From a virus: a stretch of 64,000 nucleotides of DNA. The notes under the pieces are model-generated. The model worked only from the letters and a program-made list of their open reading frames with translations. It had not been told where the DNA came from and did not search any database. The stretch is taken from positions 96,001 through 160,000 of the IMG/VR virus record IMGVR_UViG_3300025141_016305. The stretch is one strand, 5' to 3'. The position numbers were made by a program, and so were the translations under genes. Every line of letters begins with the position of its first letter. The stretch's first letter is position 1. This document shows, piece by piece, positions 20,055-30,509 of this stretch.

Positions 20055-20750
20055 CTATTCTTTATCCCACTTTGTTTTAAACAATCTATACTTTTCTCTT
20101 AATTTATTTAGATTATTTACAACTTGTTTTGTATTAAGGCCTGTTAATTCTCTCAAGTACAAATAAACCGCCTTCTTGTTGAATATTTCAATGTCCTCTA
20201 TATTGTGCAGGAGAACTTTTACAGCCTCAAGAACAGATTTTTCGTTTGGTTTTAAATTGCCGTTGTCCCACTTGTCAACTTGGCTTAGCAAACTGTTCCA
20301 AAATTCTATCTCTGTGCGTCTTTCTATATATGAATCAACTTCTGTGTCGGAGGTTCCATTTAGGACATCGGCTCCTCCATTTTCTACAAGGTTCTCATAC
20401 GAAACCTCTCTTTTAATTTTTTTAGAATTCTTTTTTACTTTGTGAATAAACCAATTTTTTGTAACAACAGAGAAATAAGAAAAAGCTTTTGACCCCTTGT
20501 TTGGGTCATATTTTTCTAATATCGTAGTTAGCCAAACTTTACAATCTTCCCTTAAAGAATCAATATTTGGAAGTGTATTGAACTTATAAGTAAAAATGAT
20601 TTTATTAACCATCTCATCAAAAGCAGGCTGGATTAGAGATCCATATAGTTTTTCTCTTTCCTTTTTGCAATTAGTTGATGCATAGCTTACTATTGCATCT
20701 TCATGTAATTTTGTAAAATAATCATTTTTCTTACTTTTCCTTCTTCTCAT
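20055..20750 (-). CDS. Phage RNA polymerase sigma-like factor (late, gp55-like)
   Basis: Region-2-like EKYDPNKGSKAFSYFSVVTKNWFI; C-terminal HTH-like YLYLRELTGLNTKQVVNNLNKLR. Confidence 0.8.
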   Translation of the reverse strand: MRRRKSKKNDYFTKLHEDAIVSYASTNCKKEREKLYGSLIQPAFDEMVNKIIFTYKFNTLPNIDSLREDCKVWLTTILEKYDPNKGSKAFSYFSVVTKNWFIHKVKKNSKKIKREVSYENLVENGGADVLNGTSDTEVDSYIERRTEIEFWNSLLSQVDKWDNGNLKPNEKSVLEAVKVLLHNIEDIEIFNKKAVYLYLRELTGLNTKQVVNNLNKLREKYRLFKTKWDKE

Positions 20751-21047
20751 TTAGTCTTCACCTAATCCAATTTCTTTTGTTTCTTTTGACTCGTTCAATA
20801 CCAAGTCCAGTCCACCTAGTATTGCTACTAACTCTCTACTATGCTCTAAAAGGTTGTGTAATGTGGTGTCACCATAAAACATTTCAAGTTCATGAATGCT
20901 ATTAATATGACTAGAAAAATCTGTGATCATCTCTGACAATGACTCCATATCTTGATTAGCTGTTGCTATAATTTGCAATAACCATCTTACATATAGCATT
21001 AAAACTAAAACTATCAATAAACTCACTATAAACAACCAAAACCACAT
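20751..21047 (-). CDS. Small membrane-anchored protein
   Basis: N-terminal hydrophobic helix MWFWLFIVSLLIVLVLMLYVRW. Confidence 0.65.
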   Translation of the reverse strand: MWFWLFIVSLLIVLVLMLYVRWLLQIIATANQDMESLSEMITDFSSHINSIHELEMFYGDTTLHNLLEHSRELVAILGGLDLVLNESKETKEIGLGED

Positions 21048-21295
21048 TACAATTCCTTATTTTTTAATTTTTGTTTTTCACTCTTCATTTCTTGCTTGGT
21101 TCTTTTGATATAATCATCTACAACCTGGCCAGTCTTTGAAGAATTAAAATTTGAAGTCTTTATGTCTAAAATTGCAGGGACCTTGTAAATATTTTCTCCT
21201 CCGCACAAAATGCACGCATTTTGCCCATCAAACATACTATGTTTCACTTCAAACGTTTCAAGACAATCCTTGCATTTATAAACATAGACCGGCAC
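21047..21295 (-). CDS. FmdB-family zinc-ribbon protein
   Basis: MPVYVYKCKDC...CILCG motif. Confidence 0.85.
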   Translation of the reverse strand: MPVYVYKCKDCLETFEVKHSMFDGQNACILCGGENIYKVPAILDIKTSNFNSSKTGQVVDDYIKRTKQEMKSEKQKLKNKEL

Positions 21296-21516
21296 TAATC
21301 AGAGCCCACAGTAGTGTTGGTCTCTTCTAGGCGATGCAAACTATTTTCGTTTTCGACCTTAAAATTTGGAGGATTAGTAACAACAAGTTCGCTCTGACTT
21401 GGGTCACTTACCACAAAATTAAATGATCTTAATACCGGTACAATATCTGTTTGTTCTAGTAAAGATTTTTGTAGGGCCATCATGATGGCTCCCATTGCTT
21501 GGTCTGATAATTTCAT
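21295..21516 (-). CDS. Hypothetical protein
   Basis: 73-aa ORF, GGAGA Shine-Dalgarno, tightly packed. Confidence 0.65.
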   Translation of the reverse strand: MKLSDQAMGAIMMALQKSLLEQTDIVPVLRSFNFVVSDPSQSELVVTNPPNFKVENENSLHRLEETNTTVGSD

Positions 21517-21517
21517 A

Positions 21518-22489
21518 TTACATATTCTCCTTTATCTTTTTGAAATCACTCTCATACATAATTTTGGCTAATTTCTTAAATGTTACTTTTGGCTGCCAAC
21601 CCAATACTCTTTTTGCCTTTGAACTATCGCCCAACAAAAGCGGTACTTCATGTGGTCTAAATAATCTTTCATCTATTTTAACATGCTTATCTACATCTAG
21701 GCCTGCTATAGTAAAAACTTCTTCCAAAAATTCTTTAACAGTATGTGTTTCCCCAGTTGAAATAACATAATCATCAGGGTATTTTTGTTGCAACATAAGC
21801 CACATTGCTTCAACATAGTCGCCGGCGAAACCCCAGTCACGTTTTGCTTCTAGGTTGCCCAAATATAAAGTATCCTGTAGGCCTAACTTGATCCTGGCTG
21901 CAGCAAGTGTTATCTTTCTAGTCACAAATGTTTCCCCTCGTTTAGGAGATTCGTGATTAAACAAGATACCAGAAGAAGCATGCATTCCGTACCCGGTCCT
22001 ATAATTATTCACTAAATTATGAGCAAACAATTTTGCACATGCATATGGAGATGCCGGCTGGAACGCTGTCTTTTCTGATTGTGGCACTTCTGGATTATCT
22101 CCAAACATCTCAGACGATGAGGCTTGATAGAATTTGCAATTCGGCCGGAGTTCTCTTAGTGCATTTAAAATTTTTAATGTGCCCATCGCGATGCCGTCGA
22201 CCGTATTTTCAGGTATATCGAAAGATACTCTAACGTGAGATTGTGCCGCAAGATTGTAGAATTCATCTGGCTTGTATTTATTGATTAATTTCCACACAGA
22301 CCCTGCATCATTTAGATCAAAAAACTCCATATGAAACCTGGGGTGACCGAAGACATGATCTACTCTTCCAGTGTTGAAAGAGGAGCTTCTTCTTTTGAGA
22401 CCTATAACTCTATATTTTTTATTCAATAAAAATTCGGCCAGATAGGCGCCGTCTTGGCCTGTGATTCCTGTGATCAATGCTGTTTTCAT
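21518..22489 (-). CDS. gmd: GDP-mannose 4,6-dehydratase
   Basis: [66 protein letters not shown]. Confidence 0.97.
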   Translation of the reverse strand: MKTALITGITGQDGAYLAEFLLNKKYRVIGLKRRSSSFNTGRVDHVFGHPRFHMEFFDLNDAGSVWKLINKYKPDEFYNLAAQSHVRVSFDIPENTVDGIAMGTLKILNALRELRPNCKFYQASSSEMFGDNPEVPQSEKTAFQPASPYACAKLFAHNLVNNYRTGYGMHASSGILFNHESPKRGETFVTRKITLAAARIKLGLQDTLYLGNLEAKRDWGFAGDYVEAMWLMLQQKYPDDYVISTGETHTVKEFLEEVFTIAGLDVDKHVKIDERLFRPHEVPLLLGDSSKAKRVLGWQPKVTFKKLAKIMYESDFKKIKENM

Positions 22490-22491
22490 CT

Positions 22492-23493
22492 TTATTCCTT
22501 ATTTAGTTCTTCATTTAAAATATCTACAATTTTATCTGCGGAATTGCCGTCACCATATGGACATGGTAAATCTATAGACCAATCTGATTTTACCTTTTCA
22601 AAGGCCCTCTTTAGTTCCTTGGGCTTGGCGCACATAAACGCAAAACTACCTATACCCTCTAACCTCTCTGTCTGTTCTCTACAAACAATGCATTTTTTTT
22701 TCAGAAACGATGTTTCTTCTTGTAATCCGCCTGAGTCTGTTATGACAAACCTTGTTGTTGCCAAAATAGATATAAATTCACTATACTCCATTGGCTCGAT
22801 AATATTAACGTCTGATAGTAGATGTTTATGTTTTTGTACATTTGGATTAGGGTGTAAGGGTATTATAAAATCTAAATGCTTGTTATTTTTTGCAATATTG
22901 TTTATTTCTTTAAACCACATGTGCATTTGTTGATGGTTTTCTCTTCTATGCATAGTTACTACAACTTTATTAGAATAAGTTGGAACTAGATCTTTCAAAT
23001 TATCTAAAACTGTATTGCCTACTACTTCAATTCTTCCCTGCGTGGATTCATCGAGAAGAAATTTTTTCGATGTCTCAGTTGGGCACAGGTGTAAATCAGC
23101 AATTCTAGAAATAGCCTGCCTATTAAACTCTTCTGGATATGGTTGTAATTTATTATAAGTTCTTAGACCTGCTTCGAGATGTACAACTTTTATCTTTCTG
23201 TGAAATGCAGCCAAGGCCACCGCAAAGGCCGAGGTAGTGTCTCCTTGTACTAGTACCGCCTTTACGCCTTTGAACACTTCGTCTTGGTTCATTATGGAAG
23301 ACACAATTGAATCAAGTCTATTTTTTCCATGAACAATAGATAATCTAATTATATCCCCTTCCTCTGCTATAATCTTTCGTAGCAAATCTTCATGTTGCCC
23401 TGTAAACAACAATTTATAAGGCAGATTAATCTTGGCCAATATTGGTTTAATTTTTATAAACTCGGGCCTAGTCCCAAAAGATACTAATATCAC
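22492..23493 (-). CDS. wecB: UDP-N-acetylglucosamine 2-epimerase (non-hydrolysing type)
   Basis: [38 protein letters not shown]. Start moved to GTG at 23493. Confidence 0.9.
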   Translation of the reverse strand: MILVSFGTRPEFIKIKPILAKINLPYKLLFTGQHEDLLRKIIAEEGDIIRLSIVHGKNRLDSIVSSIMNQDEVFKGVKAVLVQGDTTSAFAVALAAFHRKIKVVHLEAGLRTYNKLQPYPEEFNRQAISRIADLHLCPTETSKKFLLDESTQGRIEVVGNTVLDNLKDLVPTYSNKVVVTMHRRENHQQMHMWFKEINNIAKNNKHLDFIIPLHPNPNVQKHKHLLSDVNIIEPMEYSEFISILATTRFVITDSGGLQEETSFLKKKCIVCREQTERLEGIGSFAFMCAKPKELKRAFEKVKSDWSIDLPCPYGDGNSADKIVDILNEELNKE

Positions 23494-23494
23494 T

Positions 23495-23800
23495 TTATAA
23501 CTCTTCTTCAAAAAAAGTATCAGAAGTAATTGCCTTATCACATATGAATAAATCATAGATCGGCTTCTTTAAAATTAGGTCATGATACTTAACACCCCAC
23601 TTTTTAAATTGTTTTTGTGTTGTTTCTGTCCAGTCTATACCTGAACCAGTGCCGCGGGCGGTCCAATAAATAATCTGATTACCTTGGTCAAAAAGTTCGT
23701 TTATTTTTGATATGCGATTCTTCAGCGGTGTAGCTTTTGAATAATCTCTATTCGGCGGTGAGGAACAAATTGTCTCATCTATATCAACATAAATTATCAT
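23495..23800 (-). CDS. Small HAD-family phosphatase (capsule-biosynthesis phosphatase type)
   Basis: YVDIDETI, WTARG, KP.YD motifs; paralog at 54991-55347. Confidence 0.8.
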   Translation of the reverse strand: MIIYVDIDETICSSPPNRDYSKATPLKNRISKINELFDQGNQIIYWTARGTGSGIDWTETTQKQFKKWGVKYHDLILKKPIYDLFICDKAITSDTFFEEEL

Positions 23801-24621
23801 TATTTTCCTCTTAGGCTTTCTCTTTTGGAAAGCTCTGAACCCAATACTTGTCTTGGGCCGGGATTTCCAAAAGATTTTTCAATATCTCTGATTCCTTTTA
23901 CAAGCTTCATTAAGCCAATTGGTTCTACTGACGCCATCTGATCGCTGCCCCACATTGTTCTGTCTAAAGTTATGTGTCGTTCGACCCATGTGCAGCCCAT
24001 GGCGACTGCTGCAAATGTGGTAACTAAACCATATTCATGGCCGCTATAGCCTATATCTTTATTGACGTTTTTACTGGAAAGGTGATGAATATAGTTCAGG
24101 TTTAATTCTTCTATTTTTGAAGGGTAGGAAGAGTTTGTATGCATTATAACATCCGGATCGCAAACATCTACGCACAATGAAATTTCCTCCTCCGTACTCA
24201 TTCCTGTGGAAATTATCAAATTATCACAATTTTGTCTTGCGTATAAACAAAGTTCAAGATCGGTTATAAGTGCAGATGGGATTTTCATTATAGAAGTATA
24301 TTGTTTCATGAAATCAACTGATGGCTTATCCCATACAGATGCGAATAATTTTACTTTCTTAGTTTCTGCATATTTATACAAATCATCATATTGTTCTTTT
24401 TCAAATTCGATCCTATTTTTATAATCAATATATTTCATCTCGCCCCAGGGTGTAGAGCGCATTTTATCTTTCTGATGTTCTGGGACGCAAAGTTCTGGTG
24501 TTCTTTTTTGAAACTTTGCATAATCACATCCGGAAACTTCGGCCAAATCAATTAGCTTTTTTGCCAATTCAATATCGCCATTGTGGTTTATTCCAATTTC
24601 TGCTATTATTTTAACTGCCAT
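23800..24621 (-). CDS. neuB: N-acetylneuraminate synthase family protein (short; no C-terminal SAF/antifreeze domain)
   Basis: IIAEIGINHNGD, AKFQKR, ISTGMS, GYSGHE, VERHITLDR, GSDQ.AS; 273 aa. Confidence 0.9.
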   Translation of the reverse strand: MAVKIIAEIGINHNGDIELAKKLIDLAEVSGCDYAKFQKRTPELCVPEHQKDKMRSTPWGEMKYIDYKNRIEFEKEQYDDLYKYAETKKVKLFASVWDKPSVDFMKQYTSIMKIPSALITDLELCLYARQNCDNLIISTGMSTEEEISLCVDVCDPDVIMHTNSSYPSKIEELNLNYIHHLSSKNVNKDIGYSGHEYGLVTTFAAVAMGCTWVERHITLDRTMWGSDQMASVEPIGLMKLVKGIRDIEKSFGNPGPRQVLGSELSKRESLRGK

Positions 24622-25255
24622 GTTTATTCTTGAATTCCTCTAAATCACTAAGAGTATCTATATCAATAACTTTTGGTATCTTGTAATATAAAGTATCTTT
24701 ATTATACAGGTTGTTGTTTAGGTTTTTAATCTCATTTGTTTTAAATATACTAATCATATGACATATTTTAAAACATTTGGGATAATCTTGCCTCCTATAG
24801 TAATCGTGCGGGACTATTTGAGAGCCCCTATTGTTATCCTCTTCTTTTAGAAATAAATAAGGACTAACATCTATTTCTTCTCTGCACAATAAAGATAGAG
24901 CTTTATTGCACTTAAACCATTCATACGCCTTCAATACATCTTCCCATTTTCTTTCTGGGTATGTCAAATACAGCATTATTACATCTCCAGATAATTGACA
25001 ATCTTCAACAACTTCCTCGACACACTGTAATGTGGAAGCTGTGTCTTTTGCGCTTTTAGCACTACGATTGTGAATATTGCACATTGCAAAATCACTGCGT
25101 ACGCGGGCAATAATCGATGGATCATCTGTACTAACAAAGACCTTATCACGATATTGTTTTGGGATCTTATTTAGCGTGGCATCTAACAGTATTTGATTTT
25201 TTTTTGGCAGGCCTTTGGAGCCCTTTCTGGCTGGTATGATAATGTTGAAGTTCAT
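24611..25255 (-). CDS. neuA: Acylneuraminate cytidylyltransferase
   Basis: IIPARKGSKGLPKKN, VSTDD, RRQDYP, DIDT. Confidence 0.88.
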   Translation of the reverse strand: MNFNIIIPARKGSKGLPKKNQILLDATLNKIPKQYRDKVFVSTDDPSIIARVRSDFAMCNIHNRSAKSAKDTASTLQCVEEVVEDCQLSGDVIMLYLTYPERKWEDVLKAYEWFKCNKALSLLCREEIDVSPYLFLKEEDNNRGSQIVPHDYYRRQDYPKCFKICHMISIFKTNEIKNLNNNLYNKDTLYYKIPKVIDIDTLSDLEEFKNKHGS

Positions 25256-25258
25256 TTT

Positions 25259-25903
25259 TCATCTATTTGCTTTTTCATATATGGGAAACTGTGATAAGTC
25301 TTTATGAATCCCTGAAGTTTCTAGATCTTCATTGTAATCCTCTATATTTTTGAATAGCTCCAAGCCCTCTGCCGCTTGTTCCGGGGGCATATACATATTC
25401 CACCCTATCATGTCGAAAGAGTCGTCCTTGTAAAGTTTATCTATATGGCGACCTTCATATCTAGCTACCTTGAACCAGTCGTATGCTTTTTTATCGTTTG
25501 TAAGAATCATTCCACCTTTGCCAATTGGAATATGTTTTCTGCGGTGAAAAGAGAGACAATAATAAGAATCTTGCACGTACATGTCTTTTCTCATTCTGGT
25601 TGCTGCATCATAAACTGGGTATGGAGATAATTGATATTCTCCTGACCAATCTATATCTTTAAATTTTACCTGACAACCTGCGTGAATCACTGTGCACGGG
25701 ACGGATACATAGGTTCTTTTTGGGAGCGTAATTTCTCCTTCTGCTTTTAAATACTTTAAGCACAAAAACATCGCATCAGTACAATTATCAATGGCTACAG
25801 CATATTTGCTTCCCGCGTAATTTGCCATCTTCTTTTCAAAAAGATCGACCACATCCCATGGATCAGATAAATTATAATCCTTTATATACTTTTCTACTAA
25901 CAT
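25259..25903 (-). CDS. Short DegT/DnrJ-family PLP aminotransferase
   Basis: FEKKMANYAGSKYAVAIDNCTDAM, DAA, LSFHRRKHIPIGKGGMILT; start set to the ATG at 25903. Confidence 0.8.
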   Translation of the reverse strand: MLVEKYIKDYNLSDPWDVVDLFEKKMANYAGSKYAVAIDNCTDAMFLCLKYLKAEGEITLPKRTYVSVPCTVIHAGCQVKFKDIDWSGEYQLSPYPVYDAATRMRKDMYVQDSYYCLSFHRRKHIPIGKGGMILTNDKKAYDWFKVARYEGRHIDKLYKDDSFDMIGWNMYMPPEQAAEGLELFKNIEDYNEDLETSGIHKDLSQFPIYEKANR

Positions 25904-25905
25904 AA

Positions 25906-26568
25906 TTATTGCGGGTCTTCTACTCGTATTAACAAATTGCATGCATCGGCTTGATTAAAACATCGATCGATAATGCACTGCTCGTCAGTAAAGCGACCAG
26001 CAGCGTCGACGCAGTTTGCCCTAACACAATTAGCAAAGTTGATATAGGCATTCTGTGCAGCTGCACTATACCGGTCCATGCACATGCGGCTGCATTCCAC
26101 TTGTTCTTCTTCCATCATATATTGGCCACAATTTTCCTGATCAAAACAACCAACCAATTCAAGACACTCAGCTGCTACGGCGCGATCTACTCCGGTGTCG
26201 GGAAACTGACTATCACTGCCGGTGGATGGCTGATCCTCTTCTACTGCCGGAGTGAAGTCGCTCATCGGTGCGGTACCGCCTGTTGGCTCGGCGGATTCTT
26301 CTTCGGTCATAATTCCTGCCATGACGCTAGGGGAGTTTGGAGTTTCTTGGCCGGCCGAGGGAATGTATTCATTAACAGGTGGGGTTTGCGTGTTGCTTGG
26401 CGTACATCCGTACCGGCTGCCTTCGAGAGTTAATTGTTCAGTACACTCAAGCCCATCGCCACAGTCGAAATCGCCAGCATTGCAGTTGCCGCTAGGAATG
26501 TGCCTTTTTTCTTTTTCGCACCCAAAAAGAAAAATAAGTGTTGTTAATAGTATAAAAATTAATTTCAT
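25906..26568 (-). CDS. Cys-rich lipoprotein
   Basis: Signal peptide with LFGC lipobox, Pro/Glu/Thr linker, two Cys-rich domains; visibly more GC-rich than its neighbours. Confidence 0.7.
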   Translation of the reverse strand: MKLIFILLTTLIFLFGCEKEKRHIPSGNCNAGDFDCGDGLECTEQLTLEGSRYGCTPSNTQTPPVNEYIPSAGQETPNSPSVMAGIMTEEESAEPTGGTAPMSDFTPAVEEDQPSTGSDSQFPDTGVDRAVAAECLELVGCFDQENCGQYMMEEEQVECSRMCMDRYSAAAQNAYINFANCVRANCVDAAGRFTDEQCIIDRCFNQADACNLLIRVEDPQ

Positions 26569-26571
26569 TTT

Positions 26572-27228
26572 TTATCCTTTTTTTCTTGTCATCTTATCAT
26601 AATATTCGCCAACTTTAAATGATTTACCCGTGGTCGCAGTAGTGCCCGCGAAATCTTCATCATAGGCAAAACCAGGAATAACTCTAAAATCAAAACTAAC
26701 TCTTGTCGCACCTGTCTTATTGGTTTTGTTTCCGTGGCGGACTTGATTTAAATAAGCAAACAAAAATTCGCCATATTCCAACTCTATTGGCTTAAAGTCT
26801 CCTAGGCCTGGTAGGGTTTCTGACCAGATTGTATTAGTTCCGTAACATTTAGTGATGGGCAAAAAGATATTTACCTCTCCTAATGGGTGCTTATGGTTAG
26901 AATCCCCATCGCAGTGCCAAAGATAGACTGCTTTTGCCCCAGGTCTATGAAATCGAATGTTCGGATATTTTTGATATATAAGCGTATCGTCTTGAAACAA
27001 GGGAAATACAACCTTTCGAAGGAAAGAGGTATATAAGTTCTCGAATTCTGGCCAGCCATCATCAATCTTTTTATAGAAAGCTTTATGGAAAGGTGTGTGA
27101 GTATCCTCTCCTAGTGCCAAATTTTTCTTTCGATCGTGACTGTCTAAATCTTCTAGGGGCACCTCGTATAAGGCGCGTACAAGCTGGGAAAAAGGATATT
27201 TTTTTGTATCATACTTTATTATTTTCAT
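26572..27228 (-). CDS. 2OG-Fe(II) oxygenase-like protein (StrG-like)
   Basis: WHCDGD...HP.GEVN..LP.T and HGN..N.TG.TRVSFDFRV. Confidence 0.7.
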   Translation of the reverse strand: MKIIKYDTKKYPFSQLVRALYEVPLEDLDSHDRKKNLALGEDTHTPFHKAFYKKIDDGWPEFENLYTSFLRKVVFPLFQDDTLIYQKYPNIRFHRPGAKAVYLWHCDGDSNHKHPLGEVNIFLPITKCYGTNTIWSETLPGLGDFKPIELEYGEFLFAYLNQVRHGNKTNKTGATRVSFDFRVIPGFAYDEDFAGTTATTGKSFKVGEYYDKMTRKKG

Positions 27229-27243
27229 TTATACTCTCCAATT

Positions 27244-28323
27244 TTAGTAATATTGTTTAGAAAATTTAATTATTTTTTCACAAATATAATCAATTTCTAA
27301 ATTTGTTAAATCCGGAAACGATGGAAAAACTACCACTTCCTTGTTTATCAATTTTGCATTTATATCTTTTCCGGAAAAATTTAAGTGTTTATGAGCCCTG
27401 TAGGAATAAAACATTGGCCTAGTATCGATTGCCGCGGCCATAAAGAAATCTTTTGCTACATCATATCCTTTTGAACCTGGTATTTTAATTCCGAACATCC
27501 ACTTTGAATGAGTAGTATTTTCTTCTTCTATTTGCAGTTTCACGTTGGGGATGTTTTTTAAATTTTCTTTGTACCTTGAAAAAATTCTTTTTTTACTTTC
27601 GATGATACTGTTGCTATCTTCTAATTGCCCAAGAAGCAGAGCAGCTTGTATATTCGTCATTCTATAGTTGTATCCTAATTCATCATGAATAAATCTGACT
27701 TCGCTCTGCCCTTGTCCTCTTAGTTTTGAAGCGTATTCATAAATATTTTTATCATTTGTCAAAAAAGCACCACCTTCACCACAAGTTATATTTTTATTGC
27801 CGTAAAAAGATAGTGAAGAACACAGGGATTGAGTACCAGAAGAATAGCCGGCATAAGACCCAAAAAAACCCTCACAGTTGTCTTCAATAATTGGACAATT
27901 AAATTTTTGTTTCAAATCTGGGACGTTTATTATGTTTCCCAAGTTATGTACAGCAAATATCGCGCTTCCCTCTTCAACCTTGTCTATTTCCATATTCCAA
28001 GTATTTAAATTCAGATCGACACACTCAACTGCCCATTCATTATTATCATACACTAGAGAATTGTAAGCTGCAACGTAACATGCACTAGGCACTATAATCT
28101 TTTTTATATCTGGGCGTGTTTTTTTTAGCGCTCTTACCACAAGGTGTGTGGCAGCGGTACCATTATTAGTAAGGAGTGCATATTTGTAGCCTCCTACTTC
28201 TGATAGTTTTTCTGAAGCTAAATCAACATATTTGCCTGTTGAAGATACCCAGGAAGACTTTATGGCATCATTAGCATAGTGCGCGCTTTTCGCGGAGATA
28301 GATGGCTTATATACCGGAATCAT
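27244..28323 (-). CDS. DegT-family aminotransferase (perosamine-synthase-like)
   Basis: WVSSTGKYV, NGTAATHL, IEDNCE, SFYGNKNITCGEGG, GYNYRMTNIQAA. Confidence 0.9.
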   Translation of the reverse strand: MIPVYKPSISAKSAHYANDAIKSSWVSSTGKYVDLASEKLSEVGGYKYALLTNNGTAATHLVVRALKKTRPDIKKIIVPSACYVAAYNSLVYDNNEWAVECVDLNLNTWNMEIDKVEEGSAIFAVHNLGNIINVPDLKQKFNCPIIEDNCEGFFGSYAGYSSGTQSLCSSLSFYGNKNITCGEGGAFLTNDKNIYEYASKLRGQGQSEVRFIHDELGYNYRMTNIQAALLLGQLEDSNSIIESKKRIFSRYKENLKNIPNVKLQIEEENTTHSKWMFGIKIPGSKGYDVAKDFFMAAAIDTRPMFYSYRAHKHLNFSGKDINAKLINKEVVVFPSFPDLTNLEIDYICEKIIKFSKQYY

Positions 28324-28729
28324 TTTCTCTTCTCATAAAAATAGTATCTTCTGTTTCTTTAAACTTGCTGAATTCGAATGTTTCATATACATGAATTGCT
28401 CTTTCGTTGTCCCTATCCACTGACAAATATATCTCTCCAGAGTACGAATCTATAAGCTTTTTCATTATCTTTTTGCCATAACCCTTTCCATAATGACCTT
28501 CTTTCACACATATTCCAAGCCACACTTTGTCGGATGCGTGATCTAGATCTAGGTGACCATAGCCGATTGCGGCCGTATCTATCAAAAGAAAAGTGACAAT
28601 ATGGTTTTCAATCGCGGTTTCGGGTGTGCGATTAGAATAATATCTAAACTTTTTTTCAGACGAACCTATTGAATGTATAAAATTTCTCAAAGTAGAAATA
28701 TTATTCTGATCAATTTTTAAGAATTTCAT
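28307..28729 (-). CDS. GNAT acetyltransferase
   Basis: LGICVKEGHYGKGYGK motif A; N.RAI..YE. Confidence 0.85.
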   Translation of the reverse strand: MKFLKIDQNNISTLRNFIHSIGSSEKKFRYYSNRTPETAIENHIVTFLLIDTAAIGYGHLDLDHASDKVWLGICVKEGHYGKGYGKKIMKKLIDSYSGEIYLSVDRDNERAIHVYETFEFSKFKETEDTIFMRRENDSGI

Positions 28730-29678
28730 TTACCTCTTCTACACAAGTTTCAGCATGTTTTTTCGACCCTATTCGAGTATGGTTTTGAAAAGTCACCGCA
28801 TCCCATCCGGCTTCACTACACCTTTTTGATATGTGCGCGCACGAATCTTTAAAATTTTCAAAAGAAAATGCGGCTTCCTCTTCTTTGGATAAGATATGTA
28901 CATCTCCATAAAGGTTTGTTCTAGAACCTATAGTGTGATTTTCTTCTCCTGGTACGCCCATTCGCCCCTTATAGGCCAAAATGCTCTTTTGAGGTCTGAT
29001 TGCAACTCTGTTCGGATGATGTTTTAGAACATAATTAAAATAAAGCTCATAAGTTGTAAACAAAAGAGGTAACTTATCATGAGCCGGTTTTGGAGATGGT
29101 ATGCAGCGATACTCTTGTTGGGTAACTGAAATATCTGCCTTCCAAAATGGCATATTATGACGCTTTTCAACCCTTTCAAACATCTCTTTTAGAATATCTT
29201 TTTGAATCAACATATGATGACATATTCCAGAATATCTACTTTGCTTTGTCAGGCCGGGAATTAGCTTTTCCATATGTTCTAAATACGGGTGCTGAGTGAC
29301 ATGGCTTGGTATATCATAACTTGCATTGTAAAGAGCAATATCATCTTCATTTATAAATTCTGTTTCTTTTAAAAATATAGTGTCTGCATCACAAACGAGT
29401 ACATCTCTTTCCAAATCAGGAATAACTAGAGCCGAAGTTGTTTGTATAAGGCCTCCATAATAGTTAAAAGTTTTTCTATGGAATCCTACAATATCTCCAA
29501 CATCTGTAAAGGAAAACGGAAACTTCTCTTCTGAATAAAACTCAGCTTTATCTGTTAGCTTTTCTTTGGATACAACTATGATCCTTCTAACGTTTTTTAC
29601 ATTTTTTCTGATCCCGTCGATACACAGATCCAGAGTATCGGTGTCTTTTCTATGAGCGGGTATAACTACGTCTATCAT
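28710..29678 (-). CDS. GT-A fold glycosyltransferase-like protein
   Basis: MIDVVIP, CDADTIFL; ATGA-coupled start at 29678. Confidence 0.7.
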   Translation of the reverse strand: MIDVVIPAHRKDTDTLDLCIDGIRKNVKNVRRIIVVSKEKLTDKAEFYSEEKFPFSFTDVGDIVGFHRKTFNYYGGLIQTTSALVIPDLERDVLVCDADTIFLKETEFINEDDIALYNASYDIPSHVTQHPYLEHMEKLIPGLTKQSRYSGICHHMLIQKDILKEMFERVEKRHNMPFWKADISVTQQEYRCIPSPKPAHDKLPLLFTTYELYFNYVLKHHPNRVAIRPQKSILAYKGRMGVPGEENHTIGSRTNLYGDVHILSKEEEAAFSFENFKDSCAHISKRCSEAGWDAVTFQNHTRIGSKKHAETCVEEVNEILKN

Positions 29679-30508
29679 ACTAATTTCCAAACATCATAAT
29701 AATCACTTTTCATATGATTCATATCGTGAAAAAACATCCCATTGCCAAAACTACTATACCATTTTTGATCTTCATGTTTAAACTGTTCAACAAAGTCTTT
29801 ACTGTGTATTATCTTTTTATGTTTTCCAATCATTCCGGCGGCGAGGACAAATGTGCTCGAACCTGCAATAAGTACGTCACACTCTGACAATATTGAGAAA
29901 TCTGCCATATAGTTGTTTTCTGGCTTGAAATAGAATCGAATGTTTTTGTTTTTTAAATATGTGTATGTTTCGTAAAAAGAAGGATAGTTTATATCTGGAT
30001 CATCCGTACAGAGCGCAAAAATGATATCATTATCATATTCTTTCAACACTGTGTCTATTGCTTTTATATAATATTCTGCAGGGTGTATTTCTCTCCCATT
30101 CATTCCATCAGCACCTCTGGTATCTCCTCCTCTTATGTGAATTCCCACCACCGCTTTTGAGTCGTGTATCAAAGATGCAGGATTCCTTAGTTTAATAAAA
30201 TCTCGGGGATCTTTTTTCGTTACTCGATAAAAAGGACCACACAGAGATAGTGTGTGTAATCTCCAGTTACCGCGGGAGTACGTGTCTATTAATTCTTCTT
30301 GATTTTTATATATTAAATCACCGAAGGGTATTTCTTCAGCTTCTATTTTGTCTTTTAAAATATCACAGGTTTGTTCAAAGCTATGATAACTATCCCACAT
30401 AGCTGTTGAGCATGGTTGCCCCAACATGCTCCCAAGCTGCATTAGAGTATTAAAATGAAAAATTTTGTTTCCATGTCTTCCTCTTGTCTGTTTGTCTATT
30501 ATAATCAT
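29675..30508 (-). CDS. GT11 alpha-1,2-fucosyltransferase-like protein
   Basis: GRHGN, GIHIRGGD, YYIKAI, TDDP, DF..LSECD..I...STF. Confidence 0.8.
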   Translation of the reverse strand: MIIIDKQTRGRHGNKIFHFNTLMQLGSMLGQPCSTAMWDSYHSFEQTCDILKDKIEAEEIPFGDLIYKNQEELIDTYSRGNWRLHTLSLCGPFYRVTKKDPRDFIKLRNPASLIHDSKAVVGIHIRGGDTRGADGMNGREIHPAEYYIKAIDTVLKEYDNDIIFALCTDDPDINYPSFYETYTYLKNKNIRFYFKPENNYMADFSILSECDVLIAGSSTFVLAAGMIGKHKKIIHSKDFVEQFKHEDQKWYSSFGNGMFFHDMNHMKSDYYDVWKLV

Positions 30509-30509
30509 T

